This document shows positions 38,831 to 48,267 of a DNA stretch of 64,000 bases, piece after piece (the stretch's first letter is position 1; each line of letters starts with the position of its first letter). The translations under genes and the position numbers were made by a program. The notes below the pieces were generated by a model. It ran no database searches. It was not told where the DNA came from and saw only the letters and a list, made by a program, of their open reading frames with translations. This stretch comes from Thermoflexus hugenholtzii JAD2 (GTDB taxonomy: Bacteria; Chloroflexota; UBA11872; UBA12225): assembly GCA_945907765.1 (NCBI GenBank), contig CAMDTO010000004.1, positions 3,159 to 67,158 of the forward strand, in the 5' to 3' direction.

Positions 38831-39535
38831 TCATGACGCTGGGATGCGACGCCGTGTTGGGTCCGGAAAGCGACGGTGCTCCTCGGGCGGGTTGTGGTCG
38901 GCGCGCAGGAACTCCCGAAGCTTTTGCAGTGCAAGACGCATCCTGGTCTTGATTGTCCCGAGAGGCTCCTGAAGCTTGGCGGCAATTTCGGGTTGCGAAA
39001 GCCCTCCGAAATACGCAAGCTCGATAGGGCGACGTTGTGCCACTGGCAGGTGTTGAAGCGCCCGCCGCACCGCTTCGCGGGTCTCTGCAAGTGCAGCTTC
39101 GTGGGCGGGATCACCATCTGGCGTTTCGGCAGTTGCCAGAACGATGTCGATGTCATCGTGCTGCCCCCGGGCGCGGCGTCGACGAAGTTCGTCAATCGCA
39201 CGGTGATGGGTGATGGTGAGGAGCCATGTGAGGAGCCATCCGCGCTTGGAATCGAACTGATCTGCACGCGTCCAGAGGCGCATGAAGACTTCCTGCACCA
39301 CTTCCTCGGTGGTTTCGTCGTCTCGCAGAAGCCTCCTGGCCAGCGAGTAGACCGGACGCGAATAGCGGTTGTAGACCGCTTCGAGTGAGGCGACGTCACG
39401 TATGGCAATCCTCTGTGCAAGGGAATCATCAGCGTCGTCCACTCCCCCGACCCGTGACGCCTTGTATCCGGACGCTGTGCTCGCGTCATCGTCGTTCTGG
39501 TCGGGACCGTTCCGTGAGTCGCGTTCACTAGACAT
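38831..39535 (-). CDS. ECF-type RNA polymerase sigma-70 family factor
   Basis: Region 2 'EEVVQEVFMRLWTRADQFD...WLLTITHHRAIDELRR'. Region 4 'LPVAQRRPIELAYFGGLSQPEIAAKLQEPLGTIKTRMR'. Confidence 0.85.
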   Translation of the reverse strand: MSSERDSRNGPDQNDDDASTASGYKASRVGGVDDADDSLAQRIAIRDVASLEAVYNRYSRPVYSLARRLLRDDETTEEVVQEVFMRLWTRADQFDSKRGWLLTWLLTITHHRAIDELRRRRARGQHDDIDIVLATAETPDGDPAHEAALAETREAVRRALQHLPVAQRRPIELAYFGGLSQPEIAAKLQEPLGTIKTRMRLALQKLREFLRADHNPPEEHRRFPDPTRRRIPAS

Positions 39536-39773
39536 ACGTGTCTTGCCACCGCTGCGGATTGGCGGCCGACGAGGAACGGACTCTTGGCATCAGCTCTCTA
39601 CCCCCAAGCCCCGAGACCCCTGTTCGGCAGCCCAGTTGTGTGCCTCCCAACCGATGCACCTCCCCGGGTGCAATGTGAGACGGTTGAAGTGGCTCTGGAA
39701 GGATACGGACGATACGGCCAGAGGGATTGGGCCGGTCTGGGTACGTCGAGGCGTGAATGTAGGTCACAGGGCA

Positions 39774-42425
39774 TCACGGGATACGGGTCAACGGTGCGAG
39801 GCCAGTGGACAGCTTCTTGACCCCGACGGTGTCGAACTTCACCTGGATCATGACTTCGGTTCCGCGCCCCGGGTCTATCTGGATGACTGTGCCATCCCCG
39901 AACGAGGGGTGACGGACACGTTCGTCGAGACCGTAGGTCGGCGAAGGCGGGGCGGGGGGTGCCGGAGGTGTCTGGGCCTGTCGGATTCCCGGAGTGAGGT
40001 CGCTAGCCCGCCGCAGTCCAGGAATGTTCTCCAGTCCGGTTCGCAGTGGGGTCGGGGCGGGACCGTTGAATTCTTGGATGTTGGGAATCCCAGGTCCGGA
40101 GGGTCCCGATGATGGCTGGCGGGACGCGGAAGGACCGCCGACCCGAGTGGCCTGTCCGGACCATGGCCTGATTGGGGTGGGGGCACCGGGCGGGGGTGGA
40201 CGGTGAGGATCGACGGGGCGAAGCGATCCATTCGACGGCGAACCTGTGGCCGTGCCGCCGCCCCAGGATCCGGCAGCGCGTGACGCGCCGTGGCCGGGCC
40301 ACGCGCCGGACTGCATCGCCATGACCCGCGCTGCATCGAGGCGGAAGCCATTGCCATCGACCCACCGGACGAGTTCACCGGGAAGTTCCCCGAGGAATCG
40401 CGAGGGATCGTTTTCGACGAACAGGCCGCGGAATGAACGCGAGCGGCAGCCGACGAGATAGAGCGACTGCATCGCCCGCGTGATCCCGACGTAGCAGAGG
40501 CGTCGTTCCTCGTCGATATTGCCTTCCTCAAGGGCGCGTGAGTGCGGAAAAATGCCCTCTTCCATGCCGACGATGAAGACCGCGGGGAACTCAAGCCCTT
40601 TCGCGGTGTGGAGGGTCATCAGGGTCACCACGTCATCACGTGGTCCGGCCCGGATGGTGTCGGCATCCGAGACAAGGGCTGCATTCTCCAAGAAGAGCCG
40701 TAGTCCCTCATCGGCACCCGATGCCCCGTACTCAGTGACGACGGACTTGAGTTCCTGGACGTTCTCCCACCGTTCCTCGCCGTTGTCGTCCCGGTGTTCG
40801 AGAAGGTACTCCCGGAAGCCGGTCCGCGTGAGGAGGAGGTCGAGGAGGTCGGGGAGTGAAAGGGTGCGGAGGCCCGTGATCAACGCATTGAGGTCGCGGG
40901 CGTAGGCGAGGAGGAGTTCATGGGCGCGACGGTTCCACGGCAGAGGTCCCAGAACCCCTGACCGTTCATACAGGTCTGGTTCTACCGCGCCAGTTATCAA
41001 TGGGGCAGGACGTTCCGTGACTTCCGCACGCAGCAACGAGATCAGACCATCGACGACTGGCATCGATGTCTTGGCCACCCACGCGACGAACTTGTCGATG
41101 GTGGTGTCGCCAAGGCCTTTGCGTGTCGCGCCGGCACGCCTGAATGCATCCGCGTCGTATGGGTTGACCAGGAGATGCAGGTAGGCGATGACCTCCTTGA
41201 TCTCCCGCCGATCATAGAAGCGAGTACCTCCAACCATCTGGAACGGCAGGCGACGGCGTACCAACTGTTCCTCGAGGACGCGAGACTGCGCGTTGGTTCG
41301 GTAAAGGATTGCGATCTGGCGGTAGGCGATGCCCGTGCCGACGAGGCGGTCAATCTCCCGGATCACGAACTGGGCTTCGTCAGTCTCGTTACCGGCCACG
41401 ACGCCGGTGATCGGGTCACCCTTCCGGTTTGCCGTCCACAGTTCCTTGGCGTGGCGTTTCGTCAGACCGGCCTCGATGGCTTGGGCGGCGACAAGGATCG
41501 TCTGGGTCGACCGGTAGTTCTGTTCAAGACGGACCGTGGTGCACTCGGCGAAGTCCTGTTCGAACTGCAGGATGTAGCGGACGTCAGCGCCACGCCATCC
41601 ATAGATCGCCTGCGAGTCGTCACCTACCACGGTGAGGTTGCGGTGGTCGCCGGCGATGGCCTTGACGAGGCGGTATTGCGCTTCGTTGACGTCCTGGTAT
41701 TCATCGACGAGGACGTGCCGGTACCTGTTGGCGTAGCGTTGCCCAACGTCCGGGAAATTCTCGAGCAACTGAAGCATCAGGTTAATGAGGTCGCCGAAAT
41801 CGACCGCGTTGGCCGCCTCGAGGGCGTCCTGGTACCGCCGGTAGAGGGTTGCGACGGCGGTCTCGAAGGGGTTGTGGGCCTCACTCGCGCTGGCGGCCTG
41901 CGCCGGACTGACCAGTCGGTCCTTCAGTCGACCGATCGCACCCAGGACTGCGTTCGGGCTGACCAGCTTCGGGTTGAGGCCGGCCTCGGCGAACTGCCTC
42001 TTGAGGACGCGCAATTGATCGTCGGTGTCGTAGATGGTGAAGTTCCGGTCGTAGCGCCGACCGAGTAGTTCGATCTCCGCGCGGAGAAAGCGGGCACAAA
42101 GTCCGTGGAAGGTTCCCATCCTGACCTGACGTGCCTGATCCTCGCCGGTAAGTTCGGTCACGCGGTGGGTAAGTTCGCGAGCTGCCTTGTTGGTGAATGT
42201 GACGGCGAGGATTTGCCACGGTGGGATCTGGCGTTCCCGGATGATGTAGGCAATCCGGTAGGCGATGACCCTGGTCTTGCCCGATCCGGCGCCTGCAAGG
42301 ATCAGCAAGGGACCGTCCCCGTGTGTGACGGCGTCCATCTGGGGTGGATTGAGTTGGGTGGCAAGGAATTGCCGGATGTCCGTTGATGGTGCCGGCATGG
42401 GAGTGGGTTCGTACGTACGTTCCAT
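39774..42425 (-). CDS. pcrA: ATP-dependent DNA helicase PcrA/UvrD with a long P/G-rich linker and C-terminal Tudor-like domain
   Basis: 'LNPPQMDAVTHGDGPLLILAGAGSGKTRV', 'VLVDEYQDVN', 'TLMTLHTAKGLEFPAVFIVG' and 'RRLCYVGITRA'. The C-terminus has 'HPSFGDGTVIQI...VKFDTVGVKKL'. Confidence 0.9.
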   Translation of the reverse strand: MERTYEPTPMPAPSTDIRQFLATQLNPPQMDAVTHGDGPLLILAGAGSGKTRVIAYRIAYIIRERQIPPWQILAVTFTNKAARELTHRVTELTGEDQARQVRMGTFHGLCARFLRAEIELLGRRYDRNFTIYDTDDQLRVLKRQFAEAGLNPKLVSPNAVLGAIGRLKDRLVSPAQAASASEAHNPFETAVATLYRRYQDALEAANAVDFGDLINLMLQLLENFPDVGQRYANRYRHVLVDEYQDVNEAQYRLVKAIAGDHRNLTVVGDDSQAIYGWRGADVRYILQFEQDFAECTTVRLEQNYRSTQTILVAAQAIEAGLTKRHAKELWTANRKGDPITGVVAGNETDEAQFVIREIDRLVGTGIAYRQIAILYRTNAQSRVLEEQLVRRRLPFQMVGGTRFYDRREIKEVIAYLHLLVNPYDADAFRRAGATRKGLGDTTIDKFVAWVAKTSMPVVDGLISLLRAEVTERPAPLITGAVEPDLYERSGVLGPLPWNRRAHELLLAYARDLNALITGLRTLSLPDLLDLLLTRTGFREYLLEHRDDNGEERWENVQELKSVVTEYGASGADEGLRLFLENAALVSDADTIRAGPRDDVVTLMTLHTAKGLEFPAVFIVGMEEGIFPHSRALEEGNIDEERRLCYVGITRAMQSLYLVGCRSRSFRGLFVENDPSRFLGELPGELVRWVDGNGFRLDAARVMAMQSGAWPGHGASRAAGSWGGGTATGSPSNGSLRPVDPHRPPPPGAPTPIRPWSGQATRVGGPSASRQPSSGPSGPGIPNIQEFNGPAPTPLRTGLENIPGLRRASDLTPGIRQAQTPPAPPAPPSPTYGLDERVRHPSFGDGTVIQIDPGRGTEVMIQVKFDTVGVKKLSTGLAPLTRIP

Positions 42426-42604
42426 ATCGGGCCTGTGCCACTAGTCTACGGGTCGCTCCCGCAGTTTCCGGGGAGAGATGTTAACCGTCCCGGTCGAGTC
42501 GGCGGGTTCGCGTGACGGTGCGTACACTGCGAAGGCCGGTCAGGCAGACCCTTGCCGAGGGTGCCATTGCCGGTGCGGACGGTGGGTTCGCAAGAGTGTG
42601 ACGG

Positions 42605-43699
42605 GTGAATGAGGGAGTTCCGGTGGCGACGACGATTGCGCATGGGGCGCTGATGCAGGCCGCGTTTTTTCTTGGTCCGAACCAGATGGAATTGCGCGAG
42701 GCTCCGGTGCCGGTGCCCGGTCCGGGAGAGGTCCTTCTGAGGGTCAACGCCTGCGCAGTGTGCGGAACCGACTTGCGGATCCTCGGTGGAGGCAAGACGC
42801 GTGGCGTCTACCCGCCGCGGGTGCTCGGGCATGAGATTGCGGCGCACATCGTTTCCTTTGGCGACGGCGCAGAGACTGTCGTTGGACTGCCTGTCGGCCA
42901 GCGGGTGGTCTTTCCTCCAGGGATTACGTGCGGCGCCTGTCGCTTCTGCGTGATCGGGATGGAAAACCACTGCAAGCGGCGTGAAGCCTTTGGCTACAAG
43001 TACGACGGCGGGTTTGCCGAATACATGGTTGTCCCGGCCCATGCGGCACGTCGGGGAATCCTCATGGCTATCCCGGGCACGCTTGCCGATGCCGAGGCGT
43101 CGCTTGCCGAACCGCTGGCGTGTGTGGTGAATGGGCAGCGAAAGAGTCAGGTGGGTGTCGGGGACGTGGTCGTGGTGGCGGGGGCCGGTCCGATCGGCCT
43201 GATGCACGTTCAGATGTCCCGTCTGGCTGGGGCACGGTCCATCATCGTGAGCGAGCCATCGACCGCGCGACGTGAACAGGCCATGGCGATGGGCGCGACA
43301 ATGGCTCTCGATCCGACCCATGATGAAGTCTTGGATGTTGTGCGTTCGGTAACCCGGGGAGATGGTGCCGACGTGGCGATTGCCGCCATCGGTGTGCCGG
43401 GCCTCGTGCACGACCTGTTGCGGTGGGTGCGCCCCGGGGGACGGGTGAATCTTTTCGCAGGGTACGCCGGGTCTGGTGATGCCACGATCTCGGCCAACGT
43501 GATCCATTACGGCGAACTGATCGTCACCGGTACGAGTGCGTGCACGAGTGAGGATTTCCGGGTGGCGCTGAACCTTCTGGCGAGCGGCCGGTTCGATGCG
43601 TCCTCCCTGGTCTCGCACCGGTTCCCTCTTGCGCAGGTGCAGGAAGCCTTCGATGTCACCCGCCGAGGCGAAGGACTTCGCGTGGTTGTGACGCCGTAG
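42605..43699 (+). CDS. zinc-dependent medium-chain alcohol/polyol dehydrogenase (start 42605 or 42653)
   Basis: 'CAVCGTDLRI', 'GHEIAA', structural-Zn cysteines 'CGACRFC...C' and Rossmann motif 'VVVAGAGPIGL'. Confidence 0.85.
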   Translation: MNEGVPVATTIAHGALMQAAFFLGPNQMELREAPVPVPGPGEVLLRVNACAVCGTDLRILGGGKTRGVYPPRVLGHEIAAHIVSFGDGAETVVGLPVGQRVVFPPGITCGACRFCVIGMENHCKRREAFGYKYDGGFAEYMVVPAHAARRGILMAIPGTLADAEASLAEPLACVVNGQRKSQVGVGDVVVVAGAGPIGLMHVQMSRLAGARSIIVSEPSTARREQAMAMGATMALDPTHDEVLDVVRSVTRGDGADVAIAAIGVPGLVHDLLRWVRPGGRVNLFAGYAGSGDATISANVIHYGELIVTGTSACTSEDFRVALNLLASGRFDASSLVSHRFPLAQVQEAFDVTRRGEGLRVVVTP

Positions 43700-43735
43700 T
43701 CGGCGATGGTCCGGCGTCCAAATATGCCAAGTCGG

Positions 43736-44692
43736 TCATTCGGGGAGGTCCTTGCGGAACTCGCACACCGCGATCTCCCGAATGAATCCAGAGCGTTCGT
43801 TGATGGAGATCATTCGCGGGTTGTGCTGACTATTCCACGTCCGGATTTCCGCGATGCCTTGTACCCGTGCCCATTCGATGCCCGCCACTTTGAGGGCTGT
43901 CGCAACGCCCAGGCCACGCGCGTCGCGGGTCACTCCGGTCAAGGCTTGCGACAGGATGTGGGGAAGTCCGGGCACGCGACGCAAGTACGTGAGGCCGATG
44001 TACTCCTCGTCCCGGCACGCGATCAGGAAGGCTTCCGGGATGGTCGTCGGGTGATCGGTCACTTGCTAGGCAAAAGTTTCGATCGAGACTGCATTCGCTT
44101 TGACCGGTCGGGGTACGTCGGCTTCAATCCCGGCATGGAGGTCGTGAAGCCTTTCGATGCAGTCGGGAGTTCGCGTTCGCTCGTTCGCCAATGTTCTGAT
44201 GGTCATGCCGGCGGCGTCGGTCCGGGCACGTTCACTGGAGGACCGTGACGGGTCGAACATCGTGACATCGAGGTGCGATTCCCATAGGCGGTGCGTTTCT
44301 TCGAACCCGTGTTTCTCAAGGAAGGCAATGCTGCCGACCGCGTTCGCCTTCGCCGCCCCGACCAGTTCGCGCGCACCCAGCGGTTTCAGGAACACCTCGG
44401 CATGCCCAAGCAGGCGTGTCCCCCATTGCTTCCGTTGGTAGCTTGGTGAGACGAGGACGCTGTACCGGTTTTGGTCGAACTGATTGGGCACGCGCCTGAC
44501 ATCGCAGCATCCGATCACGTCGCCGACGTCGGATACTGCCACCCACCGGTGGGTGCGATACGTGTCTCCGGGCCATCCCGCATCCTGGGCACGGAGTGCC
44601 TCGACGGTCAGCCCGTCCTCACCTTCAATCTTGTTGACGATTCGAACCGTCTCCGGGTAGCCGTCACCCGAGGCATTGGGGTCCCGGATCAT
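43736..44692 (-). pseudogene. tandem-GNAT N-acetyltransferase split by an in-frame TAG (44066-44068)
   Basis: The upstream ORF holds GNAT domain 1 ('QRKQWGTRLLGHAEVF...AFLEKHGF') plus the start of domain 2 ('MTIRTL...ERLHDLHAGIEADVP...SIETFA'). After the TAG the same frame continues 'QVTDHPTTIPEAFLIACRDEEYIGL...RGLGVATALK...NERSGF', which is the rest of domain 2. Confidence 0.7.
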
Positions 44693-44760
44693 TCCTAAGG
44701 CATTTCCATTTGGTGATCATAGGCCACTGCAGAATTCGCGCTGCTCCCGACTTGCTGGGA

Positions 44761-45543
44761 TCACTCGCTGTCGTCTACCGATGAGGCGAAGGCATCGCGG
44801 ACAACCGTGGTAACGATGGACGCGCGGAACCCACGACGGGCGAGGAACGATCCTAGACGTCGCGAGAATGCGTCCCGGCCCAAACCGGCAAGGGATCCGA
44901 CCCGTCTCTCGATGGCGGTCCTGGCACGGGTCAACTCCTCGCCATCGTCGACGACGGCGAGGCTGATGGTCTCGGGGGCGACGCCACGTTGCGCCAAGTC
45001 ATGGCGAATGCGAACCTCGCCATGCAGGCGGTGTTCACGCCGGGTTGCAACCCACGCATCGGCGTATGTCCCATCGTTCAGGTATCCGAGTTCGAGCAAT
45101 CGTGTCACGGTATCGGTGACCACGTCGCGGTCGAAACCGGCGCGTGTCAATCTGGTTCGCATCTGCTTCACGGTATGCGCGCGTGAGGTGAGGGCGTCAA
45201 ACGCACGGGCGGAGGCACGAGGACGCTGGTCACCAGCCGGTTCGATTGGCGGACCATTTGCGTCACGGCGTCGGCGGGTGCCGGGTGACCGAGCCCCAGA
45301 CCGAGTCCGACCCAGCGGTGATTCATCGGTACTTGGTCTCCCCCTGGTATCTGCACTCCAAGACTGCTGCCCGACGACTTGGACAGGACTGATGTGCGAT
45401 TGAATGAAGGAAATGCAGTCACCCTGTGGTTCATCCGACCAAGGGGAGAGGTCTGAGATGGAAAGTGGAATGGGGGCGGGTGCGTCCGGGTCGCGTCGGG
45501 CACGCATGAAGCGTCGGCGGATCATTTCGAACAAGTGTACCAT
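44761..45543 (-). CDS. recX: RecX-family regulatory protein with a ~100-aa N-terminal extension
   Basis: Three-repeat RecX core 'SRAHTVKQMRTRLTRAGFDRDVVTDTVTRLLELGYLNDGTYADAWV...IRHDLAQRGV'. No recA is adjacent. Confidence 0.7.
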   Translation of the reverse strand: MVHLFEMIRRRFMRARRDPDAPAPIPLSISDLSPWSDEPQGDCISFIQSHISPVQVVGQQSWSADTRGRPSTDESPLGRTRSGARSPGTRRRRDANGPPIEPAGDQRPRASARAFDALTSRAHTVKQMRTRLTRAGFDRDVVTDTVTRLLELGYLNDGTYADAWVATRREHRLHGEVRIRHDLAQRGVAPETISLAVVDDGEELTRARTAIERRVGSLAGLGRDAFSRRLGSFLARRGFRASIVTTVVRDAFASSVDDSE

Positions 45544-45608
45544 GATCGAGGTACAGATGTTCTAATCGCCCATGGCATGAGGGTTGGCGACGCCGTCGTG
45601 CCGCGGTG

Positions 45609-46631
45609 TTATCTGGTGTCTCGGTGGGAAAGGATGTCTCGGAGACGCTGGTACCTCGCGAAGACGCGCGTGGGCGGTTCGACCGGTTCCATCCACTCGC
45701 GCGTGCGGTTCCATCCCCCGGGATAGGTCTGGTGCAGGCGGGTGCGGCTTCGAAGGATTGGCCTGAGGCCCCGAAGTGCGGCGATGCGTCCGCGAAGCGG
45801 ACTCAGGTCACGGCGGGTGACCATCGTGTAGGGCAAGGATGCGAGGTCGTAGCCGATGATGGCTGGCAGGTATTCCAGAAGCCCGGGTGCCGGGTAGCAC
45901 CGCGCGATTGTCCAGACCTTGTTTCGCCCCAGGTGCCAGTTCTTGAACGGAGATCCCTCTCCGGCGCTGGCAGAGTGAGCGTGACGGACCACCGACGAGG
46001 GGGTGACGACGCTCTCCCATCCCGCGAGTCGGGCGCGCCACGCGAGGTCGACATCCTCGAGGTACATGAAGTACGACGGATCGAAGCCACCAAGTTGGCG
46101 AAGCATTGCCCGGCGGTAGAGGGCGGCACCTGCGCTTGCGCCGAAGACGGGGACTGGTGGCCCCGGTTTGACGCGGGGTTCGCCGGATCCACGATCCCAG
46201 GCGATGCCGGCACGGTCGATCCGGATCCCCGCAGACTGGATCGTGTCCGGGTCGTGGGCAAAGACCATCTGGCTTGCGACGCTGCCGATCCGCTCGTCCT
46301 TTGCAGCGCTTGTGACCAAGGCGTCCAACCATCCTGGTTCGGGGACAGTGTCGTTGTTCAGGGTCACGACAAACTCGCCTCGCGCTTCACTGGTGGCGCG
46401 ATTGTTGGCTGGGGCGAACCCCTCGTTCGTGGGGTTGCGGATCAGTCTGACCCGGGAATCCCGGGACGCGAGGTCGGCGATGACTTCGGGAGTGCCATCA
46501 CGAGAGTCGTTGTCGACAACGATCACCTCGAACCCACCGGGTGCCTCTTGGGCAAGGAGGGCAGGCATCAGTCCGTCCAGATGGGTCCGGCCATTCCATG
46601 TGACGATGATTACCGTCGTTCGTGGGTTCAC
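45609..46631 (-). CDS. glycosyltransferase family 2 (rhamnosyltransferase-like)
   Basis: 'TVIIVTWNGRTHLDGLMPAL...VVDNDSRDGT...GASAGAALYRR...FMYLEDVDLAWR'. Confidence 0.85.
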   Translation of the reverse strand: MNPRTTVIIVTWNGRTHLDGLMPALLAQEAPGGFEVIVVDNDSRDGTPEVIADLASRDSRVRLIRNPTNEGFAPANNRATSEARGEFVVTLNNDTVPEPGWLDALVTSAAKDERIGSVASQMVFAHDPDTIQSAGIRIDRAGIAWDRGSGEPRVKPGPPVPVFGASAGAALYRRAMLRQLGGFDPSYFMYLEDVDLAWRARLAGWESVVTPSSVVRHAHSASAGEGSPFKNWHLGRNKVWTIARCYPAPGLLEYLPAIIGYDLASLPYTMVTRRDLSPLRGRIAALRGLRPILRSRTRLHQTYPGGWNRTREWMEPVEPPTRVFARYQRLRDILSHRDTR

Positions 46632-46811
46632 TTGTGCACCTGACTGAGTTCCGGGCCTGGCGGAGAGGTGTGCATCAGAGGTTGCCTGCCGCTCATCTTG
46701 CCGTCACCAGATCATCGCCGGCGGGCGTCGACTGGACGGTACACTGGTGAGGGTAGCGATTGGCCCGTCCGGAAGGCGCGTCTGGTCGCCGATGACACAG
46801 GAGCGACCGGC

Positions 46812-47132
46812 ATGTCTGACGAGGTGGACGCGCCGATTGCGCGCATGATGATGAGCGTGGCAGGCCACTCCATCGTTGCCTACGTCCAGATGCGGGCAAT
46901 GGCCGAGGTGCTGATTGCCAAGGGCTTCTTCACACGCGAGGAACTGGAAATCCAGTTCGAGACGATGCGCGTGCGCGAACTTGCTCGCACGATCGACGAG
47001 TGGTTCACGCCCGACATCGCCTATCACGTGAAACTTGCATTTGAATCCGAGGCGGCCCACGCAGAAGTCGATGGTGTAGCGCCTGCCGAACCGGACGAGG
47101 TCGCGCGGGCACGTGCGATGCAATCGGACTGA
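46812..47132 (+). CDS. small hypothetical protein (106 aa)
   Basis: ORF with a helical-looking, non-repetitive sequence ('ARMMMSVAGHSIVAYVQMRAMAEVLIAKGFFTREELEIQFETM'). It sits between the divergent GT2 gene and wzm. I recognised no family. Confidence 0.45.
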   Translation: MSDEVDAPIARMMMSVAGHSIVAYVQMRAMAEVLIAKGFFTREELEIQFETMRVRELARTIDEWFTPDIAYHVKLAFESEAAHAEVDGVAPAEPDEVARARAMQSD

Positions 47133-47240
47133 CCTCCCGGGTGCGTCTCGCGGTACCCGCACATTTGCCGCACCGTTCGATGCTAGTGGCGAGTACTACC
47201 AAGCGCAGCGTTCGTATGGCAGGGGGACGGGGATCGGCGA

Positions 47241-48260
47241 ATGAGTGGGATCCCGACGTTGGTGCCCACGCCCGCGCTTTCAGCATCTGAAGACGGTCCC
47301 AATGTACCTCTACCCGGGCTGACTGGGGCGGGTTCATCAGGTGGATGGGGTGGATCCAACGGGCGGGCGGGGATGCCCGCGGACCCGATGGGGGGCGACA
47401 CGCCTTCTAATCAGGGGCGATGGGGTGGGCCAAGCGAACGGTCTTCAAATCAGGGGCGATTGGGAGGGGTGGTCTCGGTTTTCCGCGAACTCTGGCACTA
47501 CCGTGATCTGCTGAGAAGTCTCGTTTCACGTGACCTTGCGGTGCGGTACCGACGATCCGCCTTGGGGTTCGTCTGGTCGCTTCTGAACCCACTGCTGATG
47601 ATGCTTGTCTTCACGATCGTCTTCCAGGTCGTGAAGCCCCAGTCGGTGCGGAACTATCCGCTGTTTGTTCTCGCCGGGCTGTTGCCTTGGAATTTTCTTG
47701 CCGGGGCAATCAGTGGCGCCACGCGCAGTGTGACTGGAAATGCCCACCTGATCGACAAGGTCTATTTCCCGAGGGAGATCCTGCCACTCTCCGTGGTGAT
47801 TGCGAACCTCGTCAACTTCCTATTGAGTTTGGCCGTGTTCCTCCCACTCGCGCTGCTGCTTGGGGCGCGGTGGAACGGATGGATCTTCGCCTTGCCTCTC
47901 GTGATCCTGATCGAGGTCATGATCGTTACGGGCATCTCCATGATGTTGGCGGCGCTCAATGTCTTCTACCGGGATACGGAACAGGTCCTCGAGGTTGCCT
48001 TGACCGCGTGGTTCTTCCTGACGCCGGTCTTCTACGAACTCGAGTTGCTGCCGAACCAGTTCCTCGGCATTGACGTGTGGCGATTGGTCTACACGCTGAA
48101 CCCGATGGCGACGCTGATAACGGACTACCGCTACGTGATGCTATACGAGACGCCGATCATCCGGCATACGCTGATACCGTTCGTGATCGGCATCGCGCTG
48201 CTTGGTGCAGGGTGGTGGGCGTTCCGCCGGGTTGCCCCAGCGTTCGCCGAGGAGGTCTGA
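47241..48260 (+). CDS. ABC-2 type polysaccharide exporter permease (Wzm/TagG-like); true start may be ~47.47 kb
   Basis: 'FRELWHYRDLLRSLVSRDLAVRYRRSALGFVWSLLNPLLMM' and six TM helices. The N-terminal 75 aa are G-rich and low-complexity. Confidence 0.85.
   Translation: MSGIPTLVPTPALSASEDGPNVPLPGLTGAGSSGGWGGSNGRAGMPADPMGGDTPSNQGRWGGPSERSSNQGRLGGVVSVFRELWHYRDLLRSLVSRDLAVRYRRSALGFVWSLLNPLLMMLVFTIVFQVVKPQSVRNYPLFVLAGLLPWNFLAGAISGATRSVTGNAHLIDKVYFPREILPLSVVIANLVNFLLSLAVFLPLALLLGARWNGWIFALPLVILIEVMIVTGISMMLAALNVFYRDTEQVLEVALTAWFFLTPVFYELELLPNQFLGIDVWRLVYTLNPMATLITDYRYVMLYETPIIRHTLIPFVIGIALLGAGWWAFRRVAPAFAEEV
47405..47464 (+). repeat. 21-bp direct repeat with 39-bp period at the 5' end of wzm
   Basis: 'ttctaatcaggggcgatgggg' (47405-47425) and 'ttcaaatcaggggcgattggg' (47444-47464). 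Confidence 0.6.
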
Positions 48261-48267
48261 CCGCACC

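Noticed and set aside
38821-39549. An alternative 242-aa ORF in a different frame over the ECF sigma gene.
   Set aside because: Only the 38831-39535 frame shows sigma-70 region 2 and region 4 motifs.
42426-42604. A short repeated 'gggttcgc...gtgacgg' motif in the divergent pcrA/dehydrogenase intergenic region, considered as a possible operator pair.
   Set aside because: Only ~8+7 nt are shared and the spacing differs, which is too weak to call without comparative data.
36934-44068. Possibility that TAG is a sense codon (genetic-code reassignment or pyrrolysine).
   Set aside because: Multiple complete, well-conserved genes in the window (mltG, efp, the BCCP-like gene, rodA, the amidohydrolase, GT4, the flippase) end with TAG exactly where the protein families end. 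No pyl genes are present in the window.
48202-48267. The longer Wzt start at 48202, and likewise the 59544-59654 extension of the YfhO-like ORF and the 14486-14659 extension of the GT2 ORF.
   Set aside because: The extensions overlap the preceding or divergent genes. The family-typical N-termini begin at 48268 (MARVAVRCEDVRKRF), 59543 (a GTGA-coupled GTG) and 14485.
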